This document shows, in pieces, positions 23,370-35,323 of a DNA stretch of 64,000 bases. Position 1 is the stretch's first letter. The number at the start of each line of letters is the position of its first letter. The notes beneath the pieces are model-generated. The model did no database searches, had not been told where the DNA came from, and was given only the letters and a program-made list of their open reading frames with translations. Source of the DNA: Raja brachyura (taxonomy: Eukaryota); assembly GCA_963514005.1 (NCBI GenBank), contig OY740813.1, positions 13,950,001 to 14,014,000 on the forward strand, written 5' to 3'. Position numbers and translations under genes: made by a program.

Positions 23370-24058
23370 CGATATAGGGTAAGAGGACTAGAATATTTCA
23401 AGAGAGCTTGTATACAAAAACAGGGATGTAATGCGATGGTCAGGCCGCATTTGGAATATTTGGGGCAATCTTGGGCCCTATATCTATGGAAGGTTGTGCT
23501 GGCTCTGGAGAGGGTCCAGAAGAGATTGACAGGAATGATCCCGAGCATGAGTGGGTTAGTACATGATGAGTGTTTGATAGCACTGCGCCTGCACTCGCTG
23601 GTGTTCAGAAGAATGAGGGGGTTATTCAAACAGTGAAAGTCTTGGATAGTGGATGTGGAGAGGATGTTTCCACTTGTGGGAGAGTCAAGGACCAGAGGTC
23701 ATAGCCTCTGAATTCAAAGACGTTCCTTTAAGAGGGCGATGAGGAGGAATTTATTAGTCAAAGGGTGGCGAATCTGTGAAATTCTTTGCCACAGAAGGCT
23801 GTGGAGGCCAAGTCAATGGATATTTTTAAGGCAGAGATATATAGATTCTTGATTAGTACGGGTGTCAGGGGTTACAGGGAGAAGGCAGGAGAATGGGGTT
23901 AGGAGGGAGAGATTGATCATCAGATCATGTGATAGGAGTAGAATTAGGCCATTAGGCCCATCAAGCCTAGTCCGCCATCCATCTCGCCTCCCTCTATGAT
24001 TGAATGACTTGATGGGCCGAACGGCCTAATTCAGCTCCTATCATTTATGACCTTATGA
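23370..24058 (+). mobile_element. CR1 3' fragment
   Basis: MVRPHLEY...ALERVQKRLTGMIP, and TTATGACCTTATGA tail. Confidence 0.85.
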
Positions 24059-24960
24059 CTGAAGGGCCTCTATCTCTGCTGTTTAACTCTATGGTTTTGA
24101 TAAAACGTGGTGACCTGCTGCATGCCATGCTCCTTGTGCTGGTGAATAACGCCGCCCACTGCCTCTGTCTCAACGGGAGCTGAACCTTCCTGGCGGGCGG
24201 GATGGAGGGAGGGAAACAAAGTGGGGGAAAGTTTTCACTACAAGTGAGGATTACATTATTAAAAATTGAACATATTCTGACTGGCTCCACCATGGCCACC
24301 ACCAAGACCCTGCAGAGAGTGATAGACACAACAATCCATTACACGTACCCATCCATCTCCCCACCACCAAAGGGATCTACAGGGGGTGGCTGACAATAGG
24401 CAATAGACAATAGGTGCAGGAGTAGGCCATTTGGCCCTTCGAGCCACCACCGCCATTCAATGTGATCATGGCTGAAAAAGGCAGCTGATATCATCAAAGA
24501 CCCACAGCTCCCTGGCCATATTTCGCAACTATCATCGGGAAGAAGGTACAGGAGCCTGAAAACTCTGACTTTCAAGAACACCTTCTTTTCCAGCAATCAT
24601 TAGGGTCTTGAACACTACACCACACTAACCTCAGTAACTCACATCTTCTGTGAACAGTTTCTTTGGTTGCCGTGGACTGTGGTTTTGCACGATTATGGTT
24701 ACCTAGTATTAGAGTGATAGAGTCACAGGGCCATACAGCACGGAAACAACCCCTTGGCCCAACTTGTCCACACCGACCAAGATGCCCCATCTGAGCTAGT
24801 GCCATTAGCCGCATTTGGTCCATATCCCTCTAAAACGTTCCCATCCGTGTCCCTGTCCAAATGTCTTTTTTTCTGGTACGAATGTATTGTACTATTGATT
24901 ATTGTATATTTTTTTCTGTGTGCTGTTGCATTTTTGGGCCTGTTAAACTGCAGCAAGTAA

Positions 24961-25291
24961 AAGCCCTGTCCCACGGTACGGGTTCATTCCAAGAGCTCTC
25001 CCGAGTTTGCCCTGAATCGAACTCGGAGATTTACGGTAATGGCCACTCGTCGGTACTCGGGGCTCTCGTGGACATTTTTCAACATGTTGAAAAATCTTCA
25101 CGAGTCTTCCCGTGCTTACCTGCCGTTAGCGAGCCTTCCCAAGTACCCGCCGTTAGCGTTACGAGCCGCTAAGAGACGTCCCCGAGCTCCGACGTACCCG
25201 CTACGTTCATTCTCCGTGCTTACCACGAGTTTGATTTTTTTTTAATCTCGGGAGAGCTCTTGGAATGAACTCGTACAGTGGGACAGGGCTT
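24961..25291. mobile_element. PIF/Harbinger-like MITE (331 bp)
   Basis: About 45-bp TIRs AAGCCCTGTCCCACGGTACGGGTTCATTCCAAGAGCTCTCCCGAG; TAA TSD at 24958-24960 and 25292-25294. Confidence 0.85.
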
Positions 25292-26044
25292 TAAGAATTA
25301 AACACTCGGCTCTTGGGATGTTCAGCTGATTCCGGTGTGAGGATCATTTAACAGAATATTCTTCAACGTGTTAGGTATTAAATTCGACACGGGATATGGG
25401 AGTCTCCACCTTCTGGTCCACACATGGAAAACCAGAAGTGCCATTAACCCATTCACTGCTGGGCTGGGAAAGGCGTTGCTGAACGTCCGGATTGAAGATG
25501 TGATCCTGGCTCCCGTCCCAGGACAGCAGGTGTTTGCATGACAAAGAAAGGTTCGGTCACGGGAGCAGAGAGAGTGTCGGAGGCCCGGGGAAATGGAATC
25601 AATGGGACGAGTTCCCTTCCCGGGGGGGGGGGGGGGGGGGGGTGCATGGTCCAGGTGAGGATGATGACCAATCCCAGCGGATATCTGAAGAAGGATCTCG
25701 ACCCAAAACGTCATCTATTCCTTTTCCCCAGAGATGCTGCCTGACCCGCAGAGTTACTCCAGCGTTTTGTGTGTATCTTAGGCGTTTTACAGACGCCACT
25801 TTGCTGCGGCAGCTGTGGGCAAACTGCAGGTTCACCCTTGGTGGAGTTGAGCAATCTCTGTCAGGGGAGGTGCTGATCTGGCAGCTCCAGCATTGTGCAG
25901 TGTTCAAGAGCTGGATGGTTGCTAGGTAGGCACTGTTCTTCAACAAGGTGGTCATGTTTCTTGGGCTCCTGTACCACCTTCCCGATGGTGGGAGTGAGAT
26001 GAGAGCAAAACCAGTCACCTCAAAACATATTTAGTTGTAGGAAC

Positions 26045-26787
26045 ACCATTTTGGTAGTAGGAATAAAGGCATAAACTATTTTCTCAATGGGGAGAGAATT
26101 CAGAAATTAGAGGTGCAAAGGGACTTGGGAGTGCTTTGTGCAGGATTCACACAAGGTTAATTTGCAGGTCGGATTGGTGGTGGGGAAGGCAAATGTAATG
26201 CTAGCATTTATTGTAAGAGGATGTGCTGCTGAGGTTTTATAAGGCGCTGGGCAGACCACATTTGGAGTATTGTGAGCAATTGAGGAAGGATGAGCTGGCG
26301 TTGGAGAGGTTCCAGAGGAGGTTTACGAGAATGATCTCAGGAATGAGCGTGTTAACATACGATGAGCGGCTAACGGCACTGGGCCTCTCCTCGCTGGAGT
26401 TGAGAAGAATGAGGGTGGACCTCATTGAAACTTACCGTGCAATAGTGAAAGGCCTGAATAGAGTGGATGTGGAGAAGATGTTTCCACTAGTGTGAGAGTC
26501 TAGAACCAGAGGTCACAGCCTCAGAAGTAAAGGACGTTTCTTTAGGAAGGAGATGAGGAGGAAGTTCTTTCGTCAGAGGATGCTGAATCTGTGGAATTCA
26601 TTGCCACACAAGGCCGTGAATGGATATTTTTAAGGCAGAGATAGATAGATTGTTGATTAGTACGGTTGTCAGGGGCTATGGGGAGAAGGCAGGAGAATGG
26701 GGTTAGGAGGGAGAGATAGATCAGCCTTGATTGAATGATGGAGTAGACGAAAGGCTGAATGGCCTAATTATGCTCATTAACTTATGA
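26045..26787 (+). mobile_element. CR1 3' fragment
   Basis: LRFYKALGRPHLEYCEQ...ERFQRRFTRMI...RRMRVDLIETY. Confidence 0.88.
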
Positions 26788-27657
26788 CAGGACAGGCAAC
26801 GCACTTGGAAGATTTTATACACCTCAATAAGATCACCCCTCATCCTCCTGCGCTCCAAGGAATAGAGTTCCAGCCTCCTCAATTGCTTGTAACTCTTAAG
26901 AAATTGTGGAGTTTTACATCCTCTCTGCCTTGGCGAATCCTCTCTATTTTTTCCACCTCTCTCCCTTTCACGTGGAAATATTAGAAGACATGATTACAGC
27001 AGGTAATAAAAGGGAACTACCCTTATGCTGACACTAAACAAAGCAATTTACCTATTACTCACTTGCCCAGGGATTCCCAGCGCAATCTTTACGGGTTTAC
27101 AAGCTTGCGGTGTCCTGTTTAGAATTAAGTTGCCATCGTCCAGGGTGAGGAAAAAAGCTCGAAAAAGAAACACCGGCAAACATCTGTGATTATCACCATG
27201 GAGATGCCTGTAATTGGGCTATTTATTTAAGAAAAAAAGAAAAATAGAGAGAAAGAAACAAGCAGCGGGCTGGCAGAGAGAAAGCCGAAACGTGAGAGAG
27301 GCAACTTGAGCTTCCACCCTCTCTCCAGTCTCAGCAGGACATGAAATCACTTTTTTTTTTAACACTGCCCTTCCTGGTTTTGATGAGCTCAATGCAATTT
27401 TTGAACAGCCAAAACTGATTTAAGATCTTTCATCTTCTCGAGCAGCCTTTTTAATAAAAATAATAATAGGATGTTTCAGGATGTGTTTAAGGGCCAGGTG
27501 TCACAGCCCCCTCCTGGGCAGGCAGCAGCTATTGGCAGGGCCACCAGCGTCCGATGCTAACCGGTGTGCATGAGGTCTGCTCTTTCTACAGCTTCTGTCT
27601 AGGGTGCTTCTGATTTGACCATTTCAGTGAGACCTCCAACGTAAGTCAGGCTAGGCC

Positions 27658-27890
27658 CTTTTAGTTTATAGTTCAGTTTGGAGATATAGCGCAGAAGCAG
27701 GCGCTTCCTCCCACCGAGTCCACGCTGACCAGCGATCCCTACACACATCCTACACTCTGGGGACAATTTCACATTTATACCAAGCCTATTAACATACAAT
27801 CTTTGGAGTGTGGGAGGAAACCGGAGATCCCAGAGAAAACCCACGCATGTCACAGGGAGAACGTGCAAACTCCGTACAGACAGCACCCGT
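27658..27890 (-). mobile_element. HE1-like V-SINE, 3' part
   Basis: TGTGGGAGGAAACCGGAG...GGAGAACGTGCAAACTCCGTACAGACAGCAC. Confidence 0.85.
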
Positions 27891-28193
27891 AATCCAATGT
27901 TTTGGGCCTGGACTCTTCTTCAGACTGATTGGATCAGGACGGCGGGAAAGCTGGGAAAGAAAGTTAGGGATGGATAGGAAAGGTTTAGAGAGGTATGGGC
28001 CAAAACGTGGGCAAATGGGACTAGTTTACACAGCCCATTTTTGCTGGCATGGACAAGCTGGGCCAAAGGGCCTGTTTCTATGACCCCATGACAGAGTATG
28101 AACACCACCAAATTGCAGACTCAGTTCCAGCGTTCAGATCCTTATGTTTGAATCCCTCCACTAATTACCTGTGCAAACTCCTCCAGTCCTGTG

Positions 28194-28475
28194 ATGCCCC
28201 TGTCCCACTTAGGAAACCTGAACGGAAACCTCTGGAGACTTTGCGCCCCACCCAAGGTTTCCGTGCGGTTCCCGGAGGTTTTTGTCAGCCTCCCTAATGG
28301 TCGAAAGTGGTTTCCGCTTCTTCTATGTTCCGGCAATTATTTCAAAAAATTAAAAACCGGCCGAGTCTAAAAATAGGTTGCCGTTTTAAAAATGGGTAAT
28401 TTTTTAGTCGAAGCTGGTTGCGATGCTAGTTGAAGGTGGTTGCCGGAGGTTGCAGGTAGTGGAAGGTAAGACCTT
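28194..28475. mobile_element. Truncated Harbinger-like MITE (one end only)
   Basis: Begins GCCCCTGTCCCAC, like the TIR of the 24961 element; no matching right TIR found. Confidence 0.55.
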
Positions 28476-28489
28476 TTTTTCACCCAGTT

Positions 28490-28850
28490 TTATTCCACCA
28501 GGGAGGTCTTATCAACTAGTGAACCAAGGAGCTGTGGAGGGAGCTGTCTCTGCAGGAAGCGGGAAGGGGCGGGGACGGGAAGATGGTAGCGGGATCACGT
28601 TGAAAATGGCGGACGTGTTGGAGAATGATGTGCTGCATGCGCAGGCTGGCGGGGTGAAGGGTGGGGACCAGGGGAACTCGACCCTTGTTCCATCTGGGGG
28701 TGGGGGGGGGGGGGGGTTGGGGAGGGGAGGGGGAGAGGGAGCAGAACTACCGGACGCAGCAGGCGAGGGATCCATCTACAACTGCAGGGGAGACCCCATG
28801 TTTACTAAAGGCAGTGGACATCTCGGATGTTCCCAGAATGGAAACGTATC
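28490..28850 (-). mobile_element. PLE internal fragment (RT to GIY-YIG linker)
   Basis: The minus strand encodes R(N/K)xRVPLVPTLHPASLRMQHIILQHVRHFQRDP, homologous to 61905-62040. Confidence 0.75.
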
Positions 28851-28952
28851 TTTGGGTCTCATTGCGTCGCTGGTTAATATCCGAACGGCGTATAATATCC
28901 AAACAAGACGTATAATATGATTCCCAAACCGCTGAAGAAGCTCACTCACTAT

Positions 28953-29240
28953 TTGTTTAAGAAGGGACAGCAGACGCAGGAAAATCGAAGGTAGACAAAA
29001 GTGCTAGAGAGACTCAGCGGGTGAGGCAGCATCTATGGAGTGAAGGAAATAGGCAACGTTTCGGGCCGAAACCCTTGGGTTTCGGCCCGAAACGTTGCCT
29101 ATTTCCTAAGCCCTCGCGTTTCGGCCCGAAACGGTGCCTATTTCCTAAGCCCTTGGGTTTCGGCCCGAAACGTTGCCAATTTCCTTCGCTCCATAGATGC
29201 TGCTGCACCCACTGAGTTTCTCCAGCACTCTTGTCTACCA
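28953..29240. repeat. PLE-terminus palindrome with a triplicated 40-bp unit
   Basis: Long inverted arms centred at GAAACCC-TT-GGGTTTC. GTTTCGGCCCGAAACG(T/G)TGCC(T/A)ATTTCCT is repeated three times. Confidence 0.9.
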
Positions 29241-29894
29241 GCTCACTCACTAGTTCTTGGTCCCTTTTAGACTGCATGCATTCCTGGGAAACACCTCTCC
29301 AGGCTTCAGGTCCATGCCGTGAAGGAATCTCAAGAAGCCAGGAAGGAGTTAACGGGCTGTAGAGGGGGAGGTTTGATATATTGCCCCAGGGTATCCCTCC
29401 GTGGAAGAAGGCATTAGACTGGCACCTGGACATTACAGCAGCTAAATAGAGCACAGCTGGCGAGAGAGCCGATAGGGTTACCTCGCCCTCAATCCCACCT
29501 TAGGTAGATGCGCACATGTTGAGTGCCTGGGTCCAACCATCCCCAAAGATGAACACTGTTTGTACACTAAGCTCTGGCCACTCTGCTCAGAGCTAAGGAG
29601 TTGATCTGTTGCAAATGTGCCTGGGATCCAGATCTTTTATGCTATCTCTTTTCCACTTGTTGACAAAACAAAATTAATGAAAACAAAATATTCCACATCC
29701 TGGGTTGTCTTGCCGAGTGGACAAGTCTATCCAGTAGTACAGATGGAAAGCGTGGTGCTTGGTCTCACCAGCAATGGGATGCTCCAATTGGCCTCAGGAC
29801 CCTGGACAAGGGTGTGGTGACTTTCCCCAAGCTCCTGCTCAATAGACACTGACCCCTGCTGGAAAGAGTGCATGCTTGCATGTTGGATCAGGAA

Positions 29895-30058
29895 CAACTC
29901 AGCCTCAGTGTCAAATTAACCTCGGCATCAAATCAGCCCCAGTAGCAAATCAACTTCAGCATCAAATCAGCCTCAGTAGTAAATCATCCACAGTATGAGC
30001 TTAACCTCAGTATCAAATCAACCTCAGCATCAAATCAACCTCAGCATCAAATCAACTC
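29895..30058. repeat. 17-bp minisatellite AACCTCAGCATCAAATC, resuming at 31873-31925
   Basis: Tandem copies lie on both sides of the Rex1 insertion. Confidence 0.8.
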
Positions 30059-31872
30059 AGGGCCAATCTGAAAAAGGGAATTAGGAATGCTAAACTCAAT
30101 CACAAACAGCGGATTGAGGAGCATTTCCGAAACAACTCCGACCCCAGGCGCATGTGGCAAGGAATTAAGTCCATTGCCGACTACCATAAAATCAACACCC
30201 CCCCCCCGGACAACGCCTCCCTTCCTAATGAGCTAAACCACTTCTATGCTCGCTTTGACCGGGACAACAAAACTCCCGCCATCAAAGTTGCTCCACCCCC
30301 GAATGAACAACCCCTCAGTCTCTCCACCTCTGCTGTACAAGACGCACTGAGCAAGGTGAATGAGCACAAAGCTGCCGGCCCCGATGGCATCCCCGGGCGG
30401 GTGCTCAGGGCATGTGCCGGACAACTATCCCTGGTCCTCACTGACATTTTCAATCTGTCACTGGCCCAGGGTGTCGTCCCCACTTGCCTCAAGACATCTA
30501 CCATTGTGCCAGTGCCCAAACAATCAGCGACAGGGAGTCTCAACGACTACCGGCCAGTGGCACTCACCCCTGTCATCGCTAAGTGCTTTGAGCGGCTGAT
30601 CCTGGCTCACCTCAAAGCCAGCCTCCCCCCCACACTGGACTCCCACCAATTTGCCTACCGGTCAAACAGGTCTACAGAGGACGCCATATCGACGGCCCTA
30701 CACTCTGCCCTGACCCACCTGGACAGCAACAACACCTACATCAGGCTGCTGTTTATTGACTTCAGCTCCACCTTTAACACTGTCATACCCGCTAGCTTGA
30801 TCACCAAATTCAGCGGTCTTGGCATCTCCACCTCCCTCTGCAATTGGACACTGGATTTCCTCACTAACAGACCACAGTCTGTTAGGGTCAACAACCTCAC
30901 CTCCTCCACTATAACACTGAACACTGGCGTGCCACAGGGCTGTGTGCTCAGCCCTCTCCTCTACTCCCTCTTCACGCATGACTGCATCCCCAAGTATGGC
31001 TCCAACGCCATCATAAAATTTGCCGATGACACCACGGTGGTAGGACTGATCAGTGATAATGACGAATCAGCCTACAGGGAGGAGGTCCAGCACCTGACTA
31101 CCTGGTGTGCCAACAATAACCTCGTCCTCAACTCCCAGAAGACGAAGGAAATAATTGTTGACTTTCGGAAGAACAGAGGGGGCAGACACACCCCCATCCA
31201 TATAAACGGGACTGAGGTGGAGCGGGTCTCCAACTACAAATTCCTCGGGGTACACATCTCAGAGGATCTGTCCTGGTCCCTCAACACCTCCAAGCTGATC
31301 AAAAAGGCGCAGCAGCGGCTTTACTTCCTGAGGAGGCTCACAAAAGCCCACCTGTCCCCCCCTAGACCCTGACCAACTTTTACCGCTGTACCATCGAAAG
31401 CAACCATACCACCTGCTTTACGGTATGGTACAGCAGTTGCACCGTAGCAGATAGGAAGGCACTACAACAGGTGGTGAAAACCGTCCAGTACATCAGTGCC
31501 CTGCTCCCTGCCATGGATGCCCTCCACCGAAAACGGTGTCTGAGGCGGGCCGGGAAGATCATCAAAGACCCCTCCTACCCTAACCATGGACTGTTTGCCC
31601 TCCTCCCATCAGGGAGGCGGTACAGGAGCCTCAGGTCCCGCACCAGTAGGACGAAGAACAGCTTCTTCAACTACACCATCCGACTGCTGAACTCGGAGCC
31701 CAGCTGATAGATTTGTCTGTACCCTGTATTTATTTATTTTCCATACTGCTACCACTGCACTCTGTATTTATTTTTCTATATCGCTATCACTAAGAATGAC
31801 GCTAAACTGCATTTCGTTGTACCTATACTTGTATTTGTGCAATTAAACTTGAATTGAATTGAATTGAATTGA
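30059..31872 (+). mobile_element. Young Rex1/Babar LINE, 5'-truncated
   Basis: RT ORF, 3' UTR and (GAATT)n tail at 31851-31872. Confidence 0.92.
30152..31707 (+). pseudogene. Rex1 reverse transcriptase; RT domain open, one frameshift near 31355
   Basis: 406-aa ORF with AGPDG, NDYRPVALT, FIDFSSTFNT, GVPQGCVLSPLL, KFADDT. It continues in the -1 frame as TLTNFYRCTIES...IIKDPSYPNH...SGRRYRS. Confidence 0.9.
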
Positions 31873-32787
31873 AACCTCCGCATCAAGTTAACCTCGGCAT
31901 CAAATCAACCTCGGCATTGAATCGAACATGGCATAGGGAAATTCTGGAGAAACTCAGCGGGTGAGGCAGCATCTATGGAGCGAAGGAAATAGGCAATATT
32001 TCAAGTCGAGACCCTTCTTCAGAGGGAAAGGTAACAACGTTATCTTTTGGACAATGCTTCATGATGCACTGATGTGACGGTCTTGGCTCAAATCTACACT
32101 CAACTCCCATCGGGTTATTTTACCTTCTGAGGGAATTCTCCTCTACCATCATGTTGGTGATCTACATACCACTCAGGCTAACGCAGAGGTGATCGTGGAT
32201 GAATTATACTGGCGCCACTTCTCCATCATCCCCGCAGCACGATCCATGAACCCACCACCGTCTTGGTGTGAAAACCTGCCCCACGCATCTCTTGGTGATT
32301 TCTCTGACAAACGCTCACTTGCTGTAGGGCGTTGGGGTAGGAACATGTTTCTTGTTACTTGTGCTAATTGGGCGCTGCAGACTCAGTCCTGTTATCAGTC
32401 CCCCCCCCTCCAGCATTCCCACCTGTCCATTCATAAAACTGCAGCGGGAGAGCCAAGGTCAGGCAGGTGGATGTAGTGGAGCATGGCTCCAGTGACAAGT
32501 GCCCAGTGACAGCCATTGGAAGCAGCGATGAGGCGGTGGGATAAAATAACAGAATGCCAGGCAGCAACAGCAGGACTCGCTACCTGCGAGAGCAGACAAT
32601 GGAAGGAATTAGAGGAAGGAATGATTTGAGAGATAGGATTTCAGGAGGGGTGGGCTGACTGGGTGTAGGCTGTCCATGCACCACTTGATGAGCATGTCTG
32701 TGTGACTAAATACCTTCCAAGTACAAGTCAACCAATGTACCTCCTGTAACCAGGAACTTCATTGAGGAGCAAGTGTGCAACAAGCAA

Positions 32788-34047
32788 TTTAGTTTAGCTT
32801 CGTTTAGGGATACAGCGCGGAAACAGGCCCATCAGCCCAACGAGTTCGCACCGACCAACGATCCCATGCATTACACTACCTTACACACGCTATGGACACT
32901 TTTTACAATTTTACCAAGCCCATTAGTAGCAATGTTACAAAATTTTGAGATTTTAAAAATCAAGTCTGCAATTTATCCCATCAGATAAAGCATAAAAAGA
33001 AGTTTAATTTGACACCTAATTCACTTTCATATCTTCAGTATTAAGAAAGTTATGGCCATTTTCATACTCGGAAATTAGCATCTTGTTCCCCATTGCCTTT
33101 CAATTGACTTAACTCAAGAGCTGTGATCTGGAACAGTTAAAAGCCCATAACATTCTTAAAAATTAGGAGAACTCAATGAAATTCTCAGTTATTATAGATT
33201 GAAGCATTCTGAAACAAATATGAAACAATCTTACTTGGATGACCTGAAATTAAAGCATATCATTAGTTAGTTATCTAATTGTAGCTAATTACAAAATTCA
33301 ATGAGTAGATCTAAACATCTATCCATTTCTTAAGAAAAGATAAACTTTTTTTTAATTGCCTAAGTGTCCAAATAACATTCACACAATAATCCACAATATA
33401 ACATAATTTTTAAATCTCATTTTCATGAATTTCTGGGCCAAATGGAAGGAATTTAGTGTTTGATTCCTGTAAATTAATGGCCATTTAAATCAACTAGCGA
33501 GTGGGTTTTAGTGGAATGCGGTGATTTGGAACGTTGTGGTTAGCGGTGAAGACGGGAGGAAAAGTACTGTTTGTTCATACATTTTTTTGGACCCCATTTC
33601 GCATCATGAAAATGTTATTAAAGCCTCCCGAAAAACCAACTTTTAATATAAAAATAAACTATTTACCTTTTTTTCTCCCCTACGCAAAATCCTTCCGGTT
33701 GTCGGCGCTCACGGCTTTTGAAGGTGATTTTTAAATTAGTCTAGTTAATAAATAATTTAGCGTAATTTAAAAATACCTTCATTCATGAAACGTCGGAGCG
33801 ATTTTTCTTCCGCAACGAAATCGCCCGACATTGATCGATTTTCCCTGCCTGTGGAAAAACGGCACTTTAAGCCTGCCCCCCTCTGAAAGGCGCCAAAGTC
33901 GCGCACACGGGGAGCGGCAGAACTGCAGCGCTGCTCAAGGTAAGTTTTGTAACATACCTACCATTAGCCTACAAACCTGCACGCCTTTGGAGTGTGGGAG
34001 GAAACCAGAGCTCCCGGAGAAAACTCATGCAGGTCACGGGGAGAACG
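32788..34047 (-). mobile_element. V-SINE split by a DNA transposon
   Basis: The SINE tail (32788-32926) and V-domain (33961-34047) flank the insert. Confidence 0.85.
32927..33960 (-). mobile_element. Non-autonomous TIR DNA transposon, copy 2 (1034 bp, 7-bp TSD)
   Basis: Reverse complement of 21375-22205 with about 200 bp extra internal sequence; TSD CCATTAG at 32920-32926 and 33961-33967. Confidence 0.9.
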
Positions 34048-34854
34048 GTCTGAACATCAGTCAAACTAAAAACGCAACCCCAGTCTAATAGCAATCGAGG
34101 GTAATCAATCACCATCAGCCTAATCCCAGTCTATCTCCAGCTAAAGACAGTCCAGTACAAGTACAACGAAAACCTTATCCACGGAACACAAAGTGCTGAA
34201 GCATCTAAGTGGCTCTGGGGCACAAGGGGAGGCAATGTTTCGGGTCAGGACCCTTCTTCAGACTCTAAGGAACTGCAGATACTGTAAACTTGTGTAAACA
34301 CAAAGTGCCGGAGTAACTTAGCATGTCAGACAGCATCTGTGGAGGACATGGGTAGGCCATGTTGCAGGTCGGGACATGTTTTCAGTCCAACTTTAATTTA
34401 ATGCATAGGCAGTGTCACACCAGTCTAACCCAATCTAAGCCCAGTTTAAACGCCGGGAAGAAGTAAAGCCCTCCCCACTAGCACAGAGCCTGCACCAGCC
34501 CCAGGCATTTCCAGCACCCAGCGTGTTGTGGATGCCAGGATGATCAGAACATGCTTAACCAGTATTGTGCTACATGCCTCTTTGTCCCTCCACGCCCCAG
34601 ATGTCTCCTGCCTCTCCAGAACCCCAGGGGAGTACAAAGATTGGGGCGGCACAGTGTAACTGCTGCCTCACAGTGTCAGTGGCCCGAGTTCGATCCAGAC
34701 TCAGCTGCCGCCTGTGTGGAGTTTGAATGTTCTCCCTGCGAATGCGTGGGTTTTGTCTCCACAAATGCTGCCTGACCTTCTGTGTTCCTCCAATAAAACC
34801 CAAAATGCTGGAGAAACCCAGCGGGACAGGCAGTGTCTGTGGAAGGAACTCTTT

Positions 34855-35323
34855 TGGTCAGTGGATCCGCCATTGCAATATACATCAATGATTTGGATGA
34901 AGGGATTCAAAGTAACATTAGCAAATTTGCAGATGACACAAAGCTGGGTGGCAGTGTGAACTGTGAGGAGGATGCTATGAGAATGCAGGGTGACTTGGAC
35001 AGGTTGGGGGAGTGGGCAGATGCATGGCAGATGAAGTTTAATGCGGATAAATGTGAGGTTATCCACTTTGGTAGCAAAAACAGGAAGGCAGATTACTATT
35101 TAAATGGCGTCATGTTGGGAAAAGGGGAAGTACAATGGGTTCTGGGAGTCCTTGTACATCAGTTTATGAAAGTAAGGATGCAGGTACAGCAGGCAGTGAA
35201 GAAAGCGAAAGGTTTACAAGGTTAATTCCCGGGATGGCGGGACTGTCATATGCTGAGAGAATGGAGCAGCTGGGCTTGTACACTCTGGAGTTTAGAAGGA
35301 TGAGAGGATCTCATTGAAACATA
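34855..35323 (+). mobile_element. CR1 RT fragment
   Basis: IYINDLDEGIQSNISKFADDTKLGG...WQMKFNADKCEVIHFG. Confidence 0.9.
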
